Below are positions 49,850 to 63,826 of a stretch of 64,000 bases of DNA, in pieces; the first letter of the stretch is position 1, and each line of letters begins with the position of its first letter. A program made the translations under genes and the position numbers. The notes beneath the pieces are model-generated. The model was not told the DNA's origin and did not search any database. It saw nothing but the letters and a program-made list of their open reading frames with translations. Source of the DNA: Octopus sinensis (Eukaryota); contig NC_043005.1 in NCBI RefSeq assembly GCF_006345805.1, forward strand, positions 78,740,001 to 78,804,000, read 5' to 3'.

Positions 49850-50030
49850 CTGCTCAACTCGCGAGGTCGTGGTTCCATTCCTGGAGCAGGCAGTACGTTG
49901 TGTTATACTGCAAAACACATCATCCCACGTTGCTATGCGATCACTTCGATACTTGACGAATGATACGCCGTGTACTTGTCCAAGCAATGTCGATTTGATG
50001 GAGGGAGTGAGCTAACATACCCACATACCT
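49850..50030 (+). mobile_element. Decayed CORE-like SINE
   Basis: gcgaggtcgtggttccattcc...gttgtgttatactgcaaaacacatcatcccacgttgct resembles 62905-62975. Confidence 0.5.
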
Positions 50031-50412
50031 TTGATCACTATTAACAAATCATTTGTGCAGATTTTCTAGGACTACAAGAAACTACCATCATCATTACTTA
50101 TCAATGTCATTCGATAATAACAAAAGTCTTTATATTCTATAAAGAAACCAGTGACAAAAATCTTCCTTCTTTCTTTCCTTCCTTCCTTCTTCCTTCCTTC
50201 CTGTCTTCCTTCCTTCCTTCTTTCCTTCCTATATTTCTTTCTTCCTCTCTCTCTCTCCGTTTGCTACGCCTACACGTGTTTCTGTTCATGAACCTTCGTA
50301 TCCTACACCCAATGTTCATACCTTTTGGGGGGAAAGTCACAGAAATGATTCTCTCGTTGACTTCAGCTGGCTTATTAACACCTTACTTTGCTTAATCTCC
50401 TTCTCTTTGAAG

Positions 50413-50459
50413 GTTAGCATTGAGGCACAGGAACTATATACAGCAAAGGCAGAGAAGAG
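50413..50459 (+). CDS. Possible 47 nt exon
   Basis: Long pyrimidine tract plus gaag acceptor, AG|gtagtt donor, VSIEAQELYTAKAEKR. Confidence 0.3.
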
Positions 50460-50629
50460 GTAGTTCAGGTGCCATGAGACCATGCCTTCACTCTGGTAAA
50501 TTTTTATGTCAAAAGTTAATAGGCAAGTCTCTCTCCGACTCTTGTATATATCAGCTACAAGACCTTCTGTTATTTTATGGTGAACTGAGGATGTTCATAA
50601 GCTATAACAAAAATAAGAGAACATCTCCG

Positions 50630-50782
50630 TAACTTAACGGTTCGGCAAAAGAGAACGATAGCATACGTACCAGGCTTTAAAAGAATAAAATAAGTACTAG
50701 GATCGGTTCATACAGTTAAAAATTCTTGAAGTTGGTGCCCCAGCATGGCCGCAATCTAATGACTGAAACAAGTAAAAAAGCA
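50630..50782 (+). mobile_element. SINE family A 3' half
   Basis: cgtaacttaacggttcggcaaaagaga...ccccagcatggccgc...gactgaaacaagtaaaa. Confidence 0.8.
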
Positions 50783-51299
50783 AAAGTACGAAAGAAAATA
50801 TAACGTGGGCTAAACAACAGTTTATACTGTTACATAATCGATAACGGATATTATAACCTGTCACATACCCTACAAAAAACATACTCTGAGATCATAGACT
50901 ATACAGATATTACCCAATGCTATTACACAACCGAGACAACTCTCTCAGCATTACGTAGCAACATACTCTACAAAGTAGCTACCATACAATAGTAAAATAC
51001 ACTGAACACGATACACAGCCCATACGAAAACACAACCTATACTCAATAAAAATGAAAATAACACAAAACGTGTTGCGTATATAGTATTATATATACAACA
51101 ATCGGGCGAAAAACACTAAAGAACGGTTACAACGAAACAAACCAAGAGAGAACAATATACAAAGCTGTAACATAACAACAACAAAAAGAAACAAAAGAAA
51201 ACACATCTTGCATAGAAACACTATTTTGCTCTTCACCTTTAAAAGATTATGATGCAAATACACATACGCACATATACACACAACGCACACACACACGTC

Positions 51300-51359
51300 T
51301 CAAAAGCATAGAGGTGCATCTGGCAAAGCAGTAGAAACTCGCATGAAACCATTCCGAAA
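51300..51359 (-). CDS. Possible terminal exon followed by a U-rich 3' UTR-like stretch
   Basis: cag acceptor, FRNGFMRVSTALPDAPLCF*; about 500 nt of non-repetitive T/G-rich sequence follows (51299-50800). Confidence 0.25.
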   Translation of the reverse strand, partial: FRNGFMRVSTALPDAPLCF

Positions 51360-51399
51360 CTGGCTATGGTAACAACAACAACCACAACAACAATAATAA

Positions 51400-51756
51400 A
51401 CACGTTGATAACAATAATAAAAATAATAACAACTCTTAATAGTAATAACTAGAACGGGAAATATGATGATGATGATAAATAAGAATAATGATGACGATGA
51501 TGATGATGATAATGATGATGATAATAATAATAATAATAGTAACAACAACAATGATAATAGCAATAATAACCATGTTGATATCAATGATAAAAATAACAAT
51601 ATTGTTAATAGTAATAACAAAAACGAGAAATATGATGATGATGATAATAATAACAACAATGAGAAGAACTAGTGCAATAAGGACAACAACGAGAAGAAGA
51701 AAAAGAACAAAAACAACAATAACAACAAAAACAACAACAACAACAATAATAATATA

Positions 51757-51819
<63 letters not shown>

Positions 51820-51822
51820 TAA

Positions 51823-51875
<53 letters not shown>

Positions 51876-52115
51876 GAAGAAGAAGAAGAAGAAGAAGAAG
51901 AAAAAGAAAACTATTACTGCCTTCTGTTTCTTTGATTCGCCTTTCCTTTTTTCCCGCTCCTGCCCGTCTCTACGTCTTTTATATAACATCCACCTCCGTT
52001 TCAAGAAAACTGTTGACTGTCCTTGTAGTACACCCCGTCATCCGACACCCCCGTGGCGAATAAAAGAAACCTCCATCATCATCACCATCATCATCATCAT
52101 CATCATCATCATCAT

Positions 52116-52160
<45 letters not shown>

Positions 52161-52326
52161 AATTATCATCATCACCATCATCACCATCACTACCACCACC
52201 ACCACCACCACCACCACATCATCATCGTCATCATCATCATCATCACCACCACCACCACCACCACTACCACCACCACCATCATAATCGTCATCATCATCAT
52301 CAGCATCGTTGTCGTCGTCGTCGTCG

Positions 52327-52357
<31 letters not shown>

Positions 52358-52600
52358 CATTATTATTACTATTATTATTATTATTATTATTATTATCATT
52401 ACTATTATTATTATTATCATTATCATTACTATTATTATTATTATTATTATTATAATTATTATTATTATCATCATCATCATCATTATTATTATTATTATTA
52501 TTATTATATTATTTATTATTATTATTAGTATCATTATCATTGTTTTTTATTATTATTATTATTATTATCATTATTATTATTATTATTATCATTGTTATCA
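51400..52600. repeat. Compound trinucleotide blocks (AAT/GAT/GAA; CAT/CAC/TAT)
   Basis: Direct reading. Confidence 0.95.
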
Positions 52601-53199
52601 ATTCTCACCGTTGTAACGTGATGGACTGTCATGGGCATTAGTCTACTTTCTCTTCGCCGTGTGTTTGCGCTGTTTCTCTCTTTGAGCATTGTTACCCGTG
52701 AACGTTAGAATGTTTTATGCTCTTTGCCAATGCATACATATTGCTTATTTCCCATGTTAAATCTCATCTTTTCATAAACACTGAAAGATCTCGCTATTCA
52801 TAGAAAACTGTATTATACACACTTTCATACAGAATATAAGCTTACTTACAGTCTTATATGCAGGACACTATAGTGTGTGTATGTGTGCCTGTGTGTGCAT
52901 GTGTGTATGTAAACGAGTATGTATATGTGTATGTATGGTACATGTGTGAATGTATGCATGTATATATGTATGTGTGTATCGGTGAATGTGTGTATGTGTG
53001 CGTGAATGAATAGGTGTATGCATGTATGTGTGTATGTATGTGTGTATGTATCTGTGAATGTGTGTATGTGTGCATGAATGTATGTGTGTATGCATGTATG
53101 TGTGAATATATGGATGCATTCAGGTATACATATACACAGGTATAGATAAATAAATACACACACACACATATACACATACACGCATACACACATATATGT

Positions 53200-53204
<5 letters not shown>

Positions 53205-53251
<47 letters not shown>

Positions 53252-53397
53252 GAAAGATAAAGACATAGACTGATAAATAAACACGTATAAATAGAGATAT
53301 AAATAACTTACAAGATAAATAGGTAGAACGATAGACAGAAATGTAGATAGATATATAGATAGATTGATAAACAGATAGGCAGACAGATACGTAGATT

Positions 53398-53456
<59 letters not shown>

Positions 53457-53502
53457 TGATAACAGATGGCAGACAGATACGTAATTGATAAATAGATAGA
53501 TA

Positions 53503-53553
<51 letters not shown>

Positions 53554-53690
53554 GCTAGATAGAATATAGAATAGATAGATAGAGATAGATAGATAGATAG
53601 ATAGATAGATTGATAAACAGATAGGCAGGCAGACAGATACGTAGATTGATAGATAGAATAGATAGATAGATAGATAGATAGAGGATAGAT
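53205..53690 (+). repeat. (GA)n plus (GATA)n with higher-order units
   Basis: Direct reading. Confidence 0.95.
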
Positions 53691-53849
53691 ATGTTTCTTT
53701 ATATTAGCCACACAGGGCGCACACGATAGAACAAATTACAAGGTATAGCTTTTCTTTTGAAGGTTAAAAAAAAAAAAAAAAAAAAGGAAGGGGAGGTTCG
53801 ATCAAAAGGGATCGTAAAAGGAGAGAAAGAGGACAAAAGACAGGGGGTG

Positions 53850-53881
<32 letters not shown>

Positions 53882-54135
53882 AGAGGAAAAAAAATTGTCA
53901 TAGTGATCGTTATCACAGAAATGTCAATATGAAGTGTAAAGGGAGGACAGGTGAGGGTTACCGTGGAAGAAAGCCTACGGAAAAAGACCACGGTACCCTC
54001 GGTCAATGAAGTCACATTTTATATTTCTTTTTTTTTTTTTTTTTTTTTGCAAATAAGCAACTCTCTGTTTCGATTTCTGGGTTTCTAGACTATGCTCAAG
54101 GTGGCTTCGTCATTCATACGTGCATTCTTGCTACA

Positions 54136-54289
54136 TCACACCACATCTTTTTTTAAAACATCGCTAGAAAAACTTGCCTCTCTACTCTCACTTTCCTTTT
54201 CAAGTGTACTTGAAGAAGTTGATGAGAATTGACCAGAGAGGAAAGTGTTTGTCTCCATCCTTTCAGATAGCGCGTCCACCAGATACATT
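54136..54289 (-). CDS. Possible terminal exon, unknown protein
   Basis: MYLVDALSERMETNTFLSGQFSSTSSSTLEKESESREASFSSDVLKKDVV*; the acceptor (ggcgaaag after (TCTA)n) is weak. Confidence 0.25.
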
Positions 54290-54352
54290 CTTTCGCCATA
54301 GATAGATAGATAGATAGTAATAGATAATAGATAGATAGATAGATAGATAGAT

Positions 54353-54387
<35 letters not shown>

Positions 54388-54679
54388 CGATAGATAGATA
54401 GATAGATAGACCGACTGACCAAACGACAGTGTCAGACAAACAGACACACAAACAGATAGATGGCCAGAGATCAAACAGTAAGAATTTATATATGTAAATG
54501 TGAAATTACATGTGTGTATGATGACGTGTTTGTATGTGGTTGAGCGTGTTAGTTAACCATACAGATTACGATAGACAATTGAGTGATGGTCTTGAGTTTC
54601 TTCAAAGTATCCTTTCTTCTTACTACAATGCCTACACACACACAAACACACACACACACACGCACACACTCACACACAT

Positions 54680-54712
<33 letters not shown>

Positions 54713-56988
54713 GATATATATATGCATACATTCGCATACATGTATGCATACAAGACAATCATATTGGTACACAAATGTGTTATATGTTAATACGAAGAGA
54801 CTAAATCAGATAGAGCTATACGTAACAAATACATGCTCAGAAACACGTTCCACGTATATATATATGTATATACAGACAATTGTGGACGGACGTACTCCCG
54901 CACACAGACACACATGCACAACTACATACATACATACATACATATATGTGTTTACGTGTGTATGTTTGTGTGTAAGTGTACATGCGGATATATTAACATC
55001 AAACGTGTATAAACAAGAATCTGAGATCATACGCTTATAATCTATTTCACTCACATCTCCCCTTTAGTCCCTCACACATACATGTAACATACACATATAT
55101 GCATGTATATACACACACACACACGCACACATATGTATATATATGTATATATATATATATATATGCGTGTATCTATGTATATATGTGTATGTTTGAATAT
55201 GTGAATGTATATGCGAATGCATATACCTATGTGTCTGTGTGTGCGTGTATATATATAGATGTATGTATATATGTATGTATGTGTGTGTATGTGTTTGTGT
55301 GTTTGTGTTTCTGTGTGTGGTGGTGTGAATATATACAACTGGATGCAGATCATGTTAACAGTGAACACATACATACATACATACATACATACATGAATAC
55401 ATACATGAATACATACATACATACATACATACATACATACATACATACATACTACAATACATAAATACATACATACATACATACATACATACATTCACAC
55501 AGACACGCGCACATACACATATAGACGTAAATGCAAACACCGACACAAACAAATACAATTACACGCACTCTCTCGCACACACACATAATCACACACACAT
55601 TTATATCTATTGTATGTGTTATGTGCGTGCGTGTGTATATGACGAGGCATATATACGTTCGCGTATGTATGCGTTTGTGTGTATGTAAGCATTTCTACGC
55701 TCATGCATATGTATGCATATGTTGTGTGTGTGTGTGTGTGTGTGTATGCAAGAATATATGTGTCTGATGTATATGTGTTGAGAAAAATTTTAACTCTCTT
55801 AGCGTTTCTGCTTCAACATACAGATAGATAGGTAGATATATAGGTAGACAGATAAATCGATAGATTAAGAGATAGATAAGGGTGAGTGAGAGAGAGAGGG
55901 AGAGAGAGAGAGGGGGGGAGAGAGAGAAAGAGATAGCGAAGAACGAAAGGGAGAAAGAGAGGAGAGTAAGAGAAGAGAGACCAAGAGAGTGATTGAGATA
56001 AAAGAGAGATATGAAGAAAAAATAATAACAATTTCAAAGTGATCTAAAAAGAAAGGTCATAATAAGATGGCTAATACATCTCTTTGGGGATAGGAAGATT
56101 GTTTAACCTTTAATATAAATGGAAACAAACAAGACCATTATTAATAAGGCTAAAGACACATGTGATACACAAGAGATTGGAGAGATTTAGAGAGGGAGAG
56201 AGAGAGAGATTAAGAGTGAGAGAGAGAGATAGAAAGAGAGAGATAGAAAGAGAGAGAGATGGTAGGAGTAGATTAAAGTGAATGAGATGGAGGTGGGGAA
56301 GATGTGAAACAGAAAGAGAAGACAGAGAGAGCGGAGAGAGAGAGAGAGAGAGAGACGAAGACAGTGTAAGAGAAAAAGCGATAAATTTACTCATATATAT
56401 ATATATATATATATATGTATATCCATGAGTTTTTGTGTATGTATGTATGTATATATTATAAATATATATATTGTTATATATTTATATATATATATTGTAT
56501 ATTATATATATTATATTTCATATAAATGTATATATGTATGTGTGTGAATATATATATATATGCATGTATAAAAATACACACACACACACGCATACGCACG
56601 CACACACATATGTATATACTGTATGTGTGTAGGTAAGGATATATGAAGAGAGAAAGAAGTGTGAGATGCAAAGAAAGGATATATAAAGAGTGTGAAAGAT
56701 TGAGAGAGTGAGAGAGAAGTAGAGAAAGCGTGAGAAAGAGAAAGGCAGAGAGACAGAGTGTGTGAGAGAGAGCGAAGAAGATGAATGAGGATATAAAACA
56801 AGATATTTAGAAGTACATATATATATATAATATATATATATAATATATATATGTATATATAGTTATATAGTATATATTATATATATATTAGATATATATA
56901 GATATATATATATATAGTATATATACATACATATATATGTATATATATATATACATATATATATACATATATATACATACATACATAC

Positions 56989-57035
<47 letters not shown>

Positions 57036-57143
57036 TATATACACATATATAAATATATATAACATATATATATATATACATATATATTTATATATTAATA
57101 CATATATATATAACAAAAGAGGGCTGATGCAAATATGATATAG

Positions 57144-57175
<32 letters not shown>

Positions 57176-57534
57176 TATATGTATGTATGAATAAAGTGTG
57201 TAGTGTTTGTATGTATGTATATACAGAGAAGGTGAGAGAAAGGGACATAACGTGTGTGGGAGGTGTGTACATGGACTGGATGAAGATATATAATAATGGC
57301 TGTGTTCAGAAAAATAGAACATAAAAGATACTCGTCTTTGAAAGAAAGATATAATGAAGAAAGTTATATCAACGCAGAATATTGTTTGTTTATCTCAATG
57401 GCGAAATAATAACAAAGAGAGAATGCAACATTCGGCGGCGAGTTTCTCAAAACATTTTGATGAGCGAGCAGACGTATTTGTAATACTGTGTCGGTCTAAA
57501 TATATTTGTTGCTCTAACGGTAGCAGCAATAGTA

Positions 57535-57975
57535 AGGAGGAGGAGGAGGGGGGAGGAGGAGGAAGGAGGAAGAAGAAGTAGAAGAAGAAGAGGAAGAAGG
57601 AGAAGAGGGAAGAAGAGGAAGAATAAGAATAATAAGATGATGATGAAAAAGAAGAAGAAGGAGGGGGAGGAGTAGGAGAAGAAAGAGAAGAAGAAGTATA
57701 AGAAGAAAAAAGAAGGAGAAGAAGAATAAGATGATGATGATGAAGAAGAAGATGAAGGAGGAGAAGGGGGAGAGAAAAGGAGAAGAAGAAGAATAAGATG
57801 ATGATGATGAAGAAGAAGATGAAGGAGGAGAAGGGGGAGGAGAAAAAGGAGAAGAAGAAGAAGAATAAGATGATGATGATGAAGAAGAAGAAGAAGAAGA
57901 AGAAGGAAGAAGAAGAAGAAGAAGAAGAAGAAGAAGAAGAAGAAGAAGAAGAAGAAGAAGAAGATGACGAAGAAG
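57535..57975 (+). repeat. Purine-rich (GAA/GAG/GAT)n block with ~66-72 bp higher-order repeats
   Basis: gaataagatgatgatga.. restarts at ~57630, 57724, 57791 and 57863. Confidence 0.95.
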
Positions 57976-59329
57976 GATATCAACACAACAATAATACACA
58001 CAAACACATATACATATATAAAAAGGAAGGACAACAGAGCTTTATAGATTTACTTGTGCATTATAGACTTACAACTGTTTCCGATTTTCTTTTTGGGTGC
58101 GTTCGTTACTCCGTTTAATAATTGGCCGAATGGCCAAGTAGAAATAGGGAATACACACAAATATGTAAAGCCTATCATTTATGCCTTTTTTTGTAGATCA
58201 CTCTCTGAAAGCTTACCGTATTAGATTAGTAATGCAACTACGGAATTACAATTTCGACTGCTGATGGACAACCATTTCGGCCCCCTCCTTAGAATTATCC
58301 GCAGTCCTATAGGAATCACAACACCTTTTGGTAGCCTTGTCTGTTTGTAGAAACGGAAAGCTTAAGAAATATTATGCCTAGATTGATAATCCATTAATAA
58401 CTCCTTATACATACATACACATACATGCATACACATACATACATACATACATACATACATACATACATACATACATACATACATACATAAATTCAAAGAC
58501 GGAACAAGAATGCAACGGACGACAATAAAAACATACGGTCAGATGAACGATACAAAGACAGACAGGAAAACCAGGACGGAACATTCGTGGCTTTCTATTT
58601 ATCAGTCAAGCTTCCAATCATCACTACAGTTTCGGCCTGTTACACTTGAGACTATTCAAAATTGGTAGGCTCCAGCGAGAGACTATGTGCGACAACACGG
58701 ACATAATACGAAAAAACGGAGAAAATGTTACACGATAACAAATACAAACAGCAAGAGAATAACAACAGGTGTCTTTCGACTAATAAGCACAAATTAAGTA
58801 GAGCGGGCGTGTGGAGTGAAAGCCTTGAGGCAAATAACATAGATGAAAGTCAGGAGACAGGAAAATACGGTGTTGTACGAGCGACAGTCAGGCCAAGAAA
58901 GAAAGATTGGCCGACCGCCGAGCACGTGAGAGGAACAGAGAGAGGTAAGGAGCAGAAGGATTGAAGAACCTGAGAAGGAAGTAGAGAGAGAGAGAGAAAG
59001 GTACAACAGGAAAAGGTACAAGGGAGATAACAGGGGAAAATAAAGAGATTGAAAAAAAGAGGGAGAATGCCAAGAAATGTGAGAGAGGGGGAGGGAGAAA
59101 AAGAAAAGAGGAAAGAATGAAGAAAGTCGATGAGAATTTAGATATATACTTACAAGCTGAGCAAACATACGTACATACATACAGACACACACACACTTAT
59201 ATTTATACACATACATTCATACATATATATATATATATACATATACACAAGTAAGCACATAAATGCAAAACTATGTGGAAAAAGTAGTACGCGAATACCT
59301 AATGCAGAGTAATACTTTTTTTTAATTAA

Positions 59330-59390
59330 AGCTGCAAAATCCTCACAAACGGTTACTCAGAGTTTCACATTGCCGTCGGTGTGTGATTAA
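59330..59390 (-). ncRNA. Decayed second copy of the U4C hammerhead-like repeat
   Basis: Minus strand CCGACGG caatgt GAAAC tctga GTA accgtttgtga; stem II partly deleted; flank aaagctgcaaaat resembles aaagaagcaaaat at 47150. Confidence 0.45.
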
Positions 59391-59500
59391 TCCTGAACAT
59401 AATATGTATTCAGGCTCATGACGCAATCACCCATTCTTAACACAAATCTGTATACACCATATTACTAATTGATTACTTTGTCTCATAACATTATATATAT

Positions 59501-59539
<39 letters not shown>

Positions 59540-59780
59540 TATATATAACACAGATATATATATGGCATATAGTTATGTATGAACGGAAAATTTAGATTCA
59601 TAGAATCGTACGACTATCACAGAAATCCCCTCTTATGGACACTCGGCTAGCAGTCTACTTAATAATCAAATACAAAGAAGTGTGGAAATATGTTCCGCCT
59701 AATTGAAAATCCAAAATATCCGAAGGATGAAATTGTTTCATAAGGATTATATAAAAACATAAAATCTGTAGGTATGACAG

Positions 59781-59859
<79 letters not shown>

Positions 59860-60234
59860 TGTGTGTATGTGTGTGTGTGTGTGTGTATGTATATATATGT
59901 TTATTTAACCACTTGATTTCCGTTGGGCTACGGTCGTTCCGTAAGCTTATTCTTGTAGTATAAATTTCAGTATGTAATATATTACGCTTACATTGTTACA
60001 TTAATATATGTATGATCAGCATTTAATAATATAATGTTTATTTATTAATTAATGTAAATAAAGTATGCTAACACTTCAGACCAACTGAACACCATCGTTA
60101 TACCAGACTTTAATTTTTGTTATGACCATCATCTTCTGCTGATCTGATCAGCCAGCATTCGTTCTTTCTTTTTGCATTAATTTATGAATATAGATTCGTA
60201 TCGAATAATATTTTCTATTATGAGCACTAGTCCT

Positions 60235-60422
60235 GAAATTTGGGGGAGGGGGATAGTCGATTACATCGACCCCAGTAATCAAATGGTACTTAATTTATCG
60301 ACCTCAAAAGGATGGAATGTAAAGCTGACCTCGGCGGAATTTGAATTCAGAACGTAGTGACGGGCGAAATACCGGAAAGCATTTCGTCCAGTGTGCTAAC
60401 GATTCTGCCTGCTCGCCGCCTT
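60235..60422 (-). mobile_element. Family B SINE
   Basis: ttatcgacc...ctcggcggaatttgaattcagaacg...gctcgccgcctt. Confidence 0.88.
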
Positions 60423-60825
60423 AATTGTATTCAATAATGCTGAGCATAATTTCTCGCATGCGCGTAAGTACTATACTGCAATTAATACTACATGTAGAAA
60501 GGTTGCGAAACGGCTGTAATCCTACGGAAGTGATTTGGTTAACTAAATCTGTATTCACCTCTCATTCTACCTAATAACTGACTTTATGGTGACACACACA
60601 CGAACAAGCACAGTCGTACTCAGAAATAGACACACACCACACACACACGCACGTACACACATAAACGCGTGCACACACACATACTCACACGCATATAATG
60701 CACCACAAGCCCTTATGAGAGATACTCTCAAGGTAGATGACACAGCTCTAACACAACACTCATTTTAGGTTGGAGATGAAGATTACCTCTTTGGTGTTAA
60801 TTCCACTTTTGTTATTATTAAATAT

Positions 60826-61191
60826 ACTCTCTTTACTTGTTTCAGTCATTTGACTGCGGCCATGCTGGAGCACCACCTTTCATCGAGCAAATCGACCCCA
60901 AGACTTATTCTTTGTAAGCCTAGTACTTAGTCCATCGGTCTCTTTTGCCGAACCACTAAGTTACGGGGACGTAAATACACCAGCATCGGTTGTCAAGCAA
61001 TGTTGGGGGGACAAACACAAACACAAACACACACGCACATATATACATATATACGCCAGGATTCTTTCAGTTTCCGTCTACCAAATCCACTCACAAGGCT
61101 TTGATTGGCCCGAGGCTATAGTAGAAGACACTTGCCCAAGGTGTCACGCACCATGTGGTTGGTAAGCAAGCAACTTACTACACAGCCACTC
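60826..61191 (-). mobile_element. SINE family A, near full length
   Basis: cagtcatttgactgcggccatgctggagcacc...cacagccactc. Confidence 0.93.
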
Positions 61192-61874
61192 TATTATTTA
61201 ATCTCAACAAAGTGTCACAAATTCTCCTTTACATGAAATTATTATTCACACTGAACAATCTTCTGTTTCGTTAATCCTTTATTAATTTTCGATTTCGATT
61301 CGAAATGACATCCGCTCACTATATCCTTTACATAGTTATCTTCTTTGCTTCGATTTGCGCTGACTCGCTCTGCATTGCTTTGCCTTGCATCTTCTCTTCG
61401 CCTTTGTTTGTACTTAGATCGTCAACTCGACTCAACTCTACCAGATTCTACAGAAAGAAAATTTAAAGTGAAACAATAATTAATAAACTTCATACCGAGA
61501 TATTTAAAAAATAGAGAGAGAAATATAATGTCTTGCTTTCCTAGAACTGATGCTGATATGATTGGTTCGAAGCATAAAGAATGAAATATAAAGTAATTCC
61601 ATTTATTTTTGCTCTGTTTAATATTTTTGAAATCGAATTTGTATAAAAGTACTCCTTTTGTTTCCTTTAAGCTGCAGGGAATCTGGTATCAAGATATTAT
61701 TTTTACCATTAATTGCCTTTTAGATCTTTTTGAAAATCTTGGCTTTCATTTGCTCTAGGGAAATAATTTTGTTTAAAATTCTTGAAACTATTTCCCTCAC
61801 ATTCTATCCACTTGCAACGTAATAAGATGAATAAAATGTATAATACTAAGATGTATATATATAAATATATATAA

Positions 61875-61915
<41 letters not shown>

Positions 61916-61958
61916 TTATATATATATCTATATAAACACACATTTAGGTATATATATA

Positions 61959-61996
<38 letters not shown>

Positions 61997-62869
61997 CACA
62001 TTCATATACGTATAATATGGATAGTTTAAGTATATATTTGTATATGTAAACATAGATATATTACTATTATATAATATATACGCAATTATTTACAAAATAT
62101 TATATATATGTATGTATGTGTGTACATACATTCATGCATATATATATATACATACATACATGCATACATACACACATACAAACGTACACACACATACATA
62201 TATATATATATATACATACATACATACATACATGCATCCATACATACATACACACGCACATACATACATACATACATACCTACATACACACACATACATA
62301 CATACATACATACACAGAGCAACACACACACACACACATACGTTTAATGTTTATTCTATACTAATGGATTACTTATCCAAAACAAATATATAATTTGTTA
62401 TTCGTTTTTGGTTATTATTGCTGTGTATATCATATTTGTTTGTTTTCCATTATGTTTTGCTTGTTTTGCTGTTTTTTTTTATTTTTATTTTCCTTATAAA
62501 TTAATTTTGTAAAATGCATAATGATTTCAAAGTTACCTTTATTGAAAAGTTTTGAAGTCCAAATCTCGTTATATATGTGTGGCACCAGATAAATTGATAG
62601 CTTCAAAACATAACGTTGTATTGAAGAAAAATATCATTCTGATATCGTATTTTTGTTCCTGCTTTAATCTTTTCTTTTGGCAAATCATAGTTTGAGTTTT
62701 AATAGCAGAGATTCAAACTAATTAATGTTTATAAATCCCCACAAAATATCCTTAATAATCTCTCCTTTACAAATAAGTTTTAGGTGATGGTGGGGATTTT
62801 ACAAGTGTCACACAATACTTGAAACAGCTGTCAGATAACTTTCTATTTACATTAAGTTACATGTGAAGG

Positions 62870-63185
62870 CAAGTGGCTTAGTAGTTAGGGCATTCGACTC
62901 AAGATTTTAAGGTCGTGAGTTCAATTCCCAGCGACGCATTGTGTCCTTGAGCAAGACACTTTATTTCACGTTGCTCCAGTCCACTCAGCTGACAAAAATG
63001 AGTTGTGCCTGTATTTCAAAGGGCCAGCCTTGTCACACTCTGTGTCACGCTGAATCTCTTTGATAACTAATTTAGGGGTACATGTGGCTGTGGATTGCTC
63101 AGCCATTTGCACGTTATTTTCACGAGCAAGCAGTACTGTTGATCGTATCAACTGGGACCCTCGTCGTCATAACCGACGGAATGCT
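62870..63185 (+). mobile_element. CORE-like SINE head with tail X
   Basis: gtggcttagtagttagggc...gagttcaattccc...ttgtgtccttgagcaagacactt...aagggccagccttgtcacactctgtgtcacgctg...ccctcgtcgtcataaccgacgga. Confidence 0.88.
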
Positions 63186-63289
63186 CCTGGAGTTACACAG
63201 AAAAGAAAAACAAATGAAATTTTGGACAACTTACTCGTAGATACATTACCTGAAGAAAAAGACGAGTTGATTTGACTACAGTTATCCTT

Positions 63290-63513
63290 TGTCCTTTGCT
63301 TGTGTCAGACATTAAACGGCGGTCATGCTGGGGCACCCTCTAGAAGAATCTTTAGTCGAATGTATGATTCCAGTAATAACTTTTCTTCAAATCGAATACT
63401 TATGCTATAGTCACTTTTGCCGAACCGCTAATTAAGGAGAAGTAAACACACCAACAACGGTGATGAGAGACAAACGCAGACACAAAGGCGTACACATACA
63501 CATATGTATATGT

Positions 63514-63569
<56 letters not shown>

Positions 63570-63599
63570 TATAATATATATGTGTGTGTATGTATGTAT

Positions 63600-63638
<39 letters not shown>

Positions 63639-63826
63639 AATGCACACACACACACACATATATATATACGACGATGCTTCTTTCAGTGTTTCTGTCTACA
63701 AAAATCCACTCACAAGGCCTTGGTCGGCCCGACGCTATAGTAGGAGACACTTGCTCAGGGTGCTACGCAGTATGTCTGAACTCGGAACCATGTGAGTAGG
63801 AAGCAGACTTCTTACCACACAGCCAT
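63290..63826 (-). mobile_element. SINE family A, diverged
   Basis: gcggtcatgctggggcacc...gccgaaccgcta...cttcttaccacacagcc. Confidence 0.82.

Noticed and set aside
54075-54138. Selenocysteine read-through of the TGA at 54136
   Set aside because: No SECIS-like AUGA..AA..GA structure downstream, and the exon itself is uncertain
58610-58670. Minus-strand ..ggccGAAAC tgta gt as a fourth hammerhead
   Set aside because: Core reads TTGAATA and the cleavage position is G; too decayed to support
6-63795. The many ORFs rich in [16 protein letters not shown], poly-I/L/E/H
   Set aside because: Translations of (TATG)n, (TA)n, (CA)n, (TCTA)n and trinucleotide tracts; these tracts lack stops in some frames
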